From a virus (lineage: Duplodnaviria > Heunggongvirae > Uroviricota > Caudoviricetes), in IMG/VR virus record IMGVR_UViG_2537561689_000006: DNA of 6,759 nucleotides; one strand, 5' to 3'. The notes under the pieces were generated by a model. The model was not told where the DNA came from and made no database searches. It saw nothing but the letters and a program-made list of their open reading frames with translations. The position numbers and the translations under genes were made by a program. This document shows, piece by piece, positions 1-6,759 of the stretch. The stretch's first letter is position 1. Each line of letters begins with the position of its first letter.

Positions 1-178
1 GTTCCTGCTCCGACATGCCTGCGGGCAAAGGCCACGAAAGGCCAGCTCTCCGAAAGCGCACGAACATACTACAAACAGTTGATTTTGGTACACCCAGGCG
101 ACGCCCGGCCACAACCCGGGGTAAATGTTCTTCAAAGTGAAGACGTAAAGCTTCAGTGATCCAGGTCCGGTGTTTCAT
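1..178 (-). CDS. istA: Transposase N-terminus (partial; start codon is the complement of 176-178, continues past the window start); IS21-family IstA-like
   Basis: Mirror image of the 6539..6759 ORF. Translation MKHRTWITEALRLHFEEHLPRVVAGRRLGVPKSTVCSMFVRFRRAGLSWPLPAGMSEQELDACLYGQFSMVPV has an HTH followed by an AGLSWPLP motif that I recall from IS21-family IstA N-termini. Family call is from memory. Confidence 0.55.
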   Translation of the reverse strand, partial: MKHRTWITEALRLHFEEHLPRVVAGRRLGVPKSTVCSMFVRFRRAGLSWPLPAGMSEQE

Positions 179-185
179 ACGATAG

Positions 186-207
186 TGTCCATTAAAAATG
201 ATGGACA
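186..207. repeat. Perfect 7-bp-arm palindrome TGTCCAT-N8-ATGGACA inside the IS end (left copy); the same element is at 6510-6531 in the right copy
   Basis: TGTCCAT (186-192), TAAAAATG, ATGGACA (201-207). It lies immediately upstream of the transposase start codon, so it is a candidate transposase-binding or operator site. Confidence 0.5.
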
Positions 208-262
208 TTATTTTTGTAGAGCCGGAGGAAACAGACCAGACGGTTTAAATGAGCCGGTTACC

Positions 263-2670
<2,408 letters not shown>

Positions 2671-2690
<20 letters not shown>

Positions 2691-3990
2691 TCTCCCGCAT
2701 ATTGCCAGCATGGCCTTTAATGAGCCGCTGATGCTTGAACCCGCCTATGCGCGGGTTTTCTTTTGTGCGCTTGCAGGCCAGCTTGGGATCAGCCGCCTGA
2801 CGGATGCGGTGTCCGGCGACAGCCTGACTGCCCAGGAGGCACTCGCGACGCTGGCATTATCCGGTGATGATGACGGACCACGACAGGCCCGCAGTTATCA
2901 GGTCATGAACGGCATCGCCGTGCTGCCGGTGTCCGGCACGCTGGTCAGCCGGACGCGGGCGCTGCAGCCGTACTCGGGGATGACCGGTTACAACGGCATT
3001 ATCGCCCGTCTGCAACAGGCTGCCAGCGACCCGATGGTGGACGGCATTCTGCTCGATATGGACACGCCAGGCGGAATGGTGGCGGGGGCATTTGACTGCG
3101 CTGACATCATCGCCCGTGTGCGAGACATAAAACCGGTATGGGCGCTGGCCAACGACATGAACTGCAGTGCAGGTCAGCTGCTTGCCAGTGCCGCCTCCCG
3201 GCGTCTGGTCACGCAGACCGCCCGGACAGGCTCCATCGGCGTCATGATGGCTCACAGTAATTACGGTGCTGCCCTGGAGAAACAGGGCGTGGAAATCACG
3301 CTGATTTACAGCGGCAGCCATAAGGTGGATGGCAATCCTTACAGCCATCTTCCGGATGACGTCCGGGAGACACTGCAGTCCCGGATGGACGCAACCCGCC
3401 AGATGTTTGCGCAGAAGGTGTCGGCATATACCGGCCTGTCTGTGCAGGCTGTGCTGGATACCGAGGCTGCAGTGTACAGCGGTCAGGAGGCCATTGATGC
3501 CGGACTGGCTGATGAACTTGTTAACAGCACCGATGCGATCACCGTCATGCGTGATGCACTGGATGCGCGTAAATCCCGTCTCTCAGGAGGGCGAATGACC
3601 AAAGAGACTCAATCAACAACTGTTTCAGCCACTGCTTCGCAGACTGACGTTACTGACGTGGTGCCAGCGACGGAGGGCGAAAACGCCAGCGCGGCGCAGC
3701 CGGACGTGAACGCGCAGATCACTGCAGCGGTTGCGGCAGAAAACAGCCGCATTATGGGGATCCTCAACTGTGAGGAGGCTCACGGACGCGAAGAACAGGC
3801 GCGCGTGCTGGCAGAAACCCCCGGTATGACCGTGGAAACGGCCCGCCGCATTCTGGCCGCAGCACCACAGAGTGCACAGGCGCGCAGTGACACTGCGCTG
3901 GATCGTCTGATGCAGGGGGCACCGGCACCGCTGGCTACAGGTAACCCGGCATCTGATGCCGTTAACGATTTGCTGAACACACCAGTGTAA
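2671..3990 (+). CDS. C: Head maturation protease gpC (S49/ClpP-like serine protease, 439 aa), GTG start
   Basis: GTG at 2671 is preceded by AGAGGAGGAG (2658-2666) and gives 439 codons (MTAELRNLPHIASMAFNEPL...), matching lambda C. The candidate catalytic serine sits in DMNCSAGQLLASAA at residue 166. GGATCC at 3758 corresponds to lambda BamHI 5505. The six-frame ORF start at 2524 lies inside B and is rejected. Confidence 0.88.
3385..3990 (+). CDS. Nu3: Scaffolding protein Nu3, in-frame internal start within C sharing the C-terminal ~200 codons
   Basis: ATG at 3385 is codon 239 of C (MDATRQMFAQKV...) and corresponds to lambda 5132 under the 1747 offset, where I recall Nu3 being annotated. No strong Shine-Dalgarno is visible, so the start is assigned by homology to the lambda arrangement, not by signal. 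Confidence 0.6.
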   Translation: MDATRQMFAQKVSAYTGLSVQAVLDTEAAVYSGQEAIDAGLADELVNSTDAITVMRDALDARKSRLSGGRMTKETQSTTVSATASQTDVTDVVPATEGENASAAQPDVNAQITAAVAAENSRIMGILNCEEAHGREEQARVLAETPGMTVETARRILAAAPQSAQARSDTALDRLMQGAPAPLATGNPASDAVNDLLNTPV

Positions 3991-3999
3991 GGGATGTTT

Positions 4000-4332
4000 A
4001 TGACGAGCAAAGAAACCTTTACCCATTACCAGCCGCTGGGCAACAGTGACCCGGCACATACGGCAACCGCGCCCGGCGGATTGAGTGCGAAAGCGCCTGC
4101 AATGACCCCGCTGATGCTGGACACCTCCACCCGTAAGCTGGTTGCGTGGGATGGCACCACCGACGGTGCTGCCGTTGGCATTCTTGCTGTTGCTGCTGAC
4201 CAGACCAGCACCACGCTGACGTTCTACAAGTCCGGCACGTTCCGTTATGAGGATGTGCTCTGGCCGGAGGCTGCCAGCGACGAGACGAAAAAACGGACCG
4301 CGTTTGCCGGAACGGCAATCAGCATCGTTTAA
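4000..4332 (+). CDS. D: Head decoration protein gpD (110 aa)
   Basis: [27 protein letters not shown]...[14 protein letters not shown] at 4000 is preferred over the ORF-track start at 3994 because TAAGGG (3988-3993) sits about 6 nt upstream and the length then equals lambda D (lambda 5747..6079). Confidence 0.9.
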   Translation: MTSKETFTHYQPLGNSDPAHTATAPGGLSAKAPAMTPLMLDTSTRKLVAWDGTTDGAAVGILAVAADQTSTTLTFYKSGTFRYEDVLWPEAASDETKKRTAFAGTAISIV

Positions 4333-4353
4333 CCTTACCCTTCATCACTAAAG

Positions 4354-4374
4354 GCCGCCTGTGCGGCTTTTTTT
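4354..4374 (+). terminator. Intrinsic-terminator-like hairpin in the D-E intergenic region
   Basis: GCCGC (4354-4358), loop CTGT, GCGGC (4363-4367), followed by seven T (4368-4374). A second T7 run at 4381-4387 lies just before the E start. Confidence 0.5.
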
Positions 4375-4387
4375 ACGGGATTTTTTT

Positions 4388-5413
4388 ATGTCGATGTACA
4401 CAACCGCCCAGCTGCTGGCGGCAAATGAGAAGAAATTTAAGTTTGATCCGCTGTTTCTGCGTCTCTTTTTCCGTGAGAGCTATCCCTTCACCACGGAGAA
4501 AGTCTATCTCTCACAAATTCCGGGACTGGTAAACATGGCGCTGTACGTTTCGCCGATTGTTTCCGGTGAGGTTATCCGCTCCCGTGGCGGCTCCACCTCT
4601 GAATTTACACCGGGATATGTCAAGCCGAAGCATGAGGTGAATCCGCAGATGACCCTGCGTCGCCTGCCGGATGAAGATCCGCAGAATCTGGCGGACCCGG
4701 CTTACCGCCGCCGTCGCATCATCATGCAGAACATGCGAGACGAAGAGCTGGCCATTGCTCAGGTCGAAGAGATGCAGGCAGTTTCTGCCGTGCTTAAGGG
4801 CAAATACACCATGACCGGTGAAGCCTTCGATCCGGTTGAGGTGGATATGGGCCGCAGTGCGGCGAACAACATCACACAGTCCGGTGGTACGGAGTGGAGC
4901 AAGCGTGACAAGTCCACGTATGACCCGACCGACGATATCGAAGCCTATGCGCTGAACGCCAGCGGAGTGGTGAATATCATCGTGTTTGATCCGAAAGGCT
5001 GGGCGCTGTTCCGTTCCTTCAAAGCCGTCAAGGAGAAGCTGGATACCCGTCGCGGCTCTAATTCCGAGCTGGAGACAGCGGTAAAAGACCTGGGCGAAGC
5101 GGTGTCCTATAAGGGGATGTATGGCGATACGGCGATCGTCGTGTATTCCGGACAGTACGTGGAAAACGACGTCAAAAAGAACTTCCTTCCGGACAACACG
5201 ATGGTGCTGGGGAACACTCAGGCACGCGGTCTGCGCACCTATGGCTGCATTCAGGATGCGGACGCACAGCGCGAAGGTATTAACGCCTCTGCCCGCTACC
5301 CGAAAAACTGGGTGACCACCGGCGATCCGGCGCGTGAGTTCACCATGATTCAGTCAGCACCGCTGATGCTGCTGGCTGACCCTGATGCGTTCGTGTCCGT
5401 ACAACTGGCGTAA
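4388..5413 (+). CDS. E: Major capsid protein gpE (341 aa, HK97-fold)
   Basis: MSMYTTAQLLAANEKKFKFDPLFLRLFFRESYPFTTEKVYLSQIPGLVNMALYVSP... ending ...LMLLADPDAFVSVQLA. ATG at 4388 gives 341 codons and maps to lambda 6135..7160. GGTGACC at 5311 corresponds to lambda BstEII 7058. The ORF-track start at 4361 is a GTG inside the upstream hairpin and is rejected. Confidence 0.92.
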   Translation: MSMYTTAQLLAANEKKFKFDPLFLRLFFRESYPFTTEKVYLSQIPGLVNMALYVSPIVSGEVIRSRGGSTSEFTPGYVKPKHEVNPQMTLRRLPDEDPQNLADPAYRRRRIIMQNMRDEELAIAQVEEMQAVSAVLKGKYTMTGEAFDPVEVDMGRSAANNITQSGGTEWSKRDKSTYDPTDDIEAYALNASGVVNIIVFDPKGWALFRSFKAVKEKLDTRRGSNSELETAVKDLGEAVSYKGMYGDTAIVVYSGQYVENDVKKNFLPDNTMVLGNTQARGLRTYGCIQDADAQREGINASARYPKNWVTTGDPAREFTMIQSAPLMLLADPDAFVSVQLA

Positions 5414-5415
5414 TC

Positions 5416-5436
5416 ATGGCCCTTCGGGGCCATTTT
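5416..5436 (+). terminator. Stable stem-loop just after the E stop: 7-bp stem with a TTCG tetraloop, followed by a T/C-rich tract
   Basis: ATGGCCC (5416-5422), TTCG, GGGCCAT (5427-5433), then TTTCTCTCT. Perfect inverted repeat with a UUCG-type loop; the U-tract is short and interrupted, so it is a weak terminator at best, or an RNA stability element. Confidence 0.45.
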
Positions 5437-5454
5437 CTCTCTGTGGAGGAGTCT

Positions 5455-5850
5455 ATGACGAAAGATGAACTGATTGCCCGTCTTCAGGTGCTGGGTGAGC
5501 AACTGAACCGTGATGTCAGCCTGACGGGGACGAAAGAAGAACTGGTGCTCCGTGTGGCAGAGCTGGAAGAGGAGCTTGATGACACGGATGACGCTGCCGG
5601 TCAGGACACATCTGTCAGCCCGGAAAATGCGCTGACCGGACATGAAAATGAGGTGGTATCAGCGCAGCCGGATACCGTGATTGATACGGCTGCTCTGGTC
5701 ACGGTCGTGGCACTGGTGACGCTGCATACTGATGCACTTCACGCCACGCGGGATGAGCCTGTGGCATTTGTGCTGCCGGGAACGGCGTTTCGTGTCTCTG
5801 CCGGTGTGGCAGCCGAAATGACAGAACATGGCCTGGCCAGAATGCAATAA
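5455..5850 (+). CDS. FI: DNA-packaging / head assembly protein gpFI (131 aa here)
   Basis: MTKDELIARLQVLGEQLNRDVSLTGTKEEL...AFRVSAGVAAEMTEHGLARMQ. ATG at 5455 with GGAGGAG (5445-5451) upstream. The ORF-track start at 5416 is rejected because it lies in the hairpin with no Shine-Dalgarno. One codon shorter than the 132 aa I recall for lambda FI. Confidence 0.85.
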   Translation: MTKDELIARLQVLGEQLNRDVSLTGTKEELVLRVAELEEELDDTDDAAGQDTSVSPENALTGHENEVVSAQPDTVIDTAALVTVVALVTLHTDALHATRDEPVAFVLPGTAFRVSAGVAAEMTEHGLARMQ

Positions 5851-5861
5851 CGGGAGGCGCT

Positions 5862-6215
5862 GTGGCTGATTCCGATAACCTGTTCGATGCTGCCATTGCC
5901 CGCGCCGATGAAACGATACGCGGGTACATGGGAACGTCAGCCACCATGACATCCGGTGAGCTGTCCGGTGCTGTGATACGTGGTGTTTTTGATGACCCTG
6001 AAAATATCAGCTATGCCGGACAGGGGGTGCGCGTTGAAGGCTCCAGCCCGTCCCTGTTTGTCCGGACTGATGATGTGCGGCAGCTGCGGCGTGGAGACAC
6101 ACTGACCATCGGCGAGGAAAACTTCTGGGTGGACCGGATTTCGCCGGATGATGGCGGAAGCTGTCATCTCTGGCTTGGGCGTGGCGTGCCGCCTGCCGTT
6201 AACCGTCGCCGCTGA
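5862..6215 (+). CDS. FII: Head-tail connector protein gpFII (117 aa), GTG start
   Basis: MADSDNLFDAAIARADETIRGYMGTSATMTSGELSGAVIRGVFDDPENISYAGQGVRVEGSSPSLFVRTDDVRQLRRGDTLTIGEENFWVDRISPDDGGSCHLWLGRGVPPAVNRRR. GGGAGG (5852-5857) precedes the GTG at 5862. Same length as lambda FII. Confidence 0.9.
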   Translation: MADSDNLFDAAIARADETIRGYMGTSATMTSGELSGAVIRGVFDDPENISYAGQGVRVEGSSPSLFVRTDDVRQLRRGDTLTIGEENFWVDRISPDDGGSCHLWLGRGVPPAVNRRR

Positions 6216-6226
6216 AAGGGGGATGT

Positions 6227-6472
6227 ATGGCCATAAAAGGTCTTGAGCAGGCCGTTGAAAACCTCAGCCGTATCAGCAAAACGGCGGTGCCTGGTGCCGC
6301 CGCAATGACCATTAACCGCGTTGCGTCATCCGCGATATCGCAGTCTGCGTCACAGGTTGCCCGTGAGACAAAGGTACGCCGGAAACTGGTAAAGGAAAGG
6401 GCCAGGCTGAAAAGGGCCACGGTCAAAAATCCGCAGGCCAGAATCAGGGTTAACCGTAACCGGCTCATTTAA
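6227..6472 (+). pseudogene. Z: Tail completion protein gpZ, N-terminal ~77 codons only, truncated by the IS end and fused to 5 IS-encoded codons plus stop
   Basis: MAIKGLEQAVENLSRISKTAVPGAAAMTINRVASSAISQSASQVARETKVRRKLVKERARLKRATVKNPQARIRVNR matches the lambda Z N-terminus. Lambda Z is 192 aa; here the frame runs into the IS terminus at about 6456/6457 and ends ...NRLI-stop at 6470-6472. Confidence 0.85.
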
Positions 6473-6759
6473 ACCGTCTGGTCTGTTTCCTCCGGCTCTA
6501 CAAAAATAATGTCCATCATTTTTAATGGACACTATCGTATGAAACACCGGACCTGGATCACTGAAGCTTTACGTCTTCACTTTGAAGAACATTTACCCCG
6601 GGTTGTGGCCGGGCGTCGCCTGGGTGTACCAAAATCAACTGTTTGTAGTATGTTCGTGCGCTTTCGGAGAGCTGGCCTTTCGTGGCCTTTGCCCGCAGGC
6701 ATGTCGGAGCAGGAACTTGATGCCTGCCTTTACGGACAATTTTCCATGGTACCAGTCGT
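6456..6759 (+). mobile_element. Terminal region of the same insertion sequence (right copy, inverted relative to the left copy); body extends beyond the window end
   Basis: 6456-6716 is the exact reverse complement of 1-261. The transposase ORF starts 83 bp inside the end. Direct repeats CCGGCTC at 6460-6466 and 6492-6498 and the palindrome at 6510-6531 lie between the terminus and the start codon. Confidence 0.85.
6539..6759 (+). CDS. istA: Transposase N-terminus (partial, runs off the window end); IS21-family IstA-like
   Basis: ATG at 6539 gives MKHRTWITEALRLHFEEHLPRVVAGRRLGVPKSTVCSMFVRFRRAGLSWPLPAGMSEQELDACLYGQFSMVPV with no stop before the window end. HTH plus AGLSWPLP motif as recalled for IstA-type transposases. 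Confidence 0.55.
   Translation, partial: MKHRTWITEALRLHFEEHLPRVVAGRRLGVPKSTVCSMFVRFRRAGLSWPLPAGMSEQELDACLYGQFSMVPV

Larger units (their letters stand above)
1..261 (-). mobile_element. Terminal 261 bp of an insertion sequence (left copy); its body extends beyond the window start and its end abuts the lambda A fragment
   Basis: Positions 1-261 are the exact reverse complement of 6456-6716 (checked base by base over all 261 bp). Identity stops at 261/262, where lambda gpA-coding sequence begins. Contains the start of a transposase ORF on the minus strand. Confidence 0.85.

Noticed and set aside
256-262. GGTTACC (BstEII-type site) exactly at the left IS/lambda junction as a possible cloning scar
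   Set aside because: The mirrored right junction reads CGTAACC, not a site, and the bases are explained by the IS terminus itself. There is no other sign of vector sequence or engineered joints.
3994-5454. Longer ORF-track starts for D (3994), E (4361) and FI (5416)
   Set aside because: The downstream ATGs at 4000, 4388 and 5455 have properly spaced Shine-Dalgarno sequences and give lambda-length proteins. The 4361 and 5416 starts fall inside the intergenic hairpins.
6350-6547. Minus-strand ORF reading out of the right IS copy into Z
   Set aside because: Mirror image of the IS-encoded leader seen at 170; it arises automatically from the inverted repeat, runs antisense to Z, and has no ribosome-binding site.

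Overview
This window is a phage lambda-type head-morphogenesis module on the + strand (A' fragment, W, B, C with nested Nu3, D, E, FI, FII, Z' fragment), bracketed by two inverted, perfectly identical termini of an insertion sequence. Window positions 1-261 are the exact reverse complement of 6456-6716, and each copy carries the first codons of a transposase with an N-terminal helix-turn-helix that resembles IS21-family IstA. Gene order, lengths and overlaps match phage lambda, and GGATCC at 3758 plus GGTNACC at 3940 and 5311 sit where I remember lambda's BamHI 5505 and BstEII 5687/7058 sites (constant offset 1747). Terminase large subunit A has lost roughly its N-terminal 433 codons and Z is cut after about codon 77, both exactly at the IS ends. 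Nu1, cos, the late promoter and all tail genes are absent from the window. The most likely reading is an IS-captured or IS-disrupted defective prophage head module, not a new system. The most checkable oddities are the IS-bounded architecture, a FI gene one codon shorter than I recall for lambda, and two intergenic hairpins after D and E. All lambda coordinates and family assignments are from memory, with no database search run.
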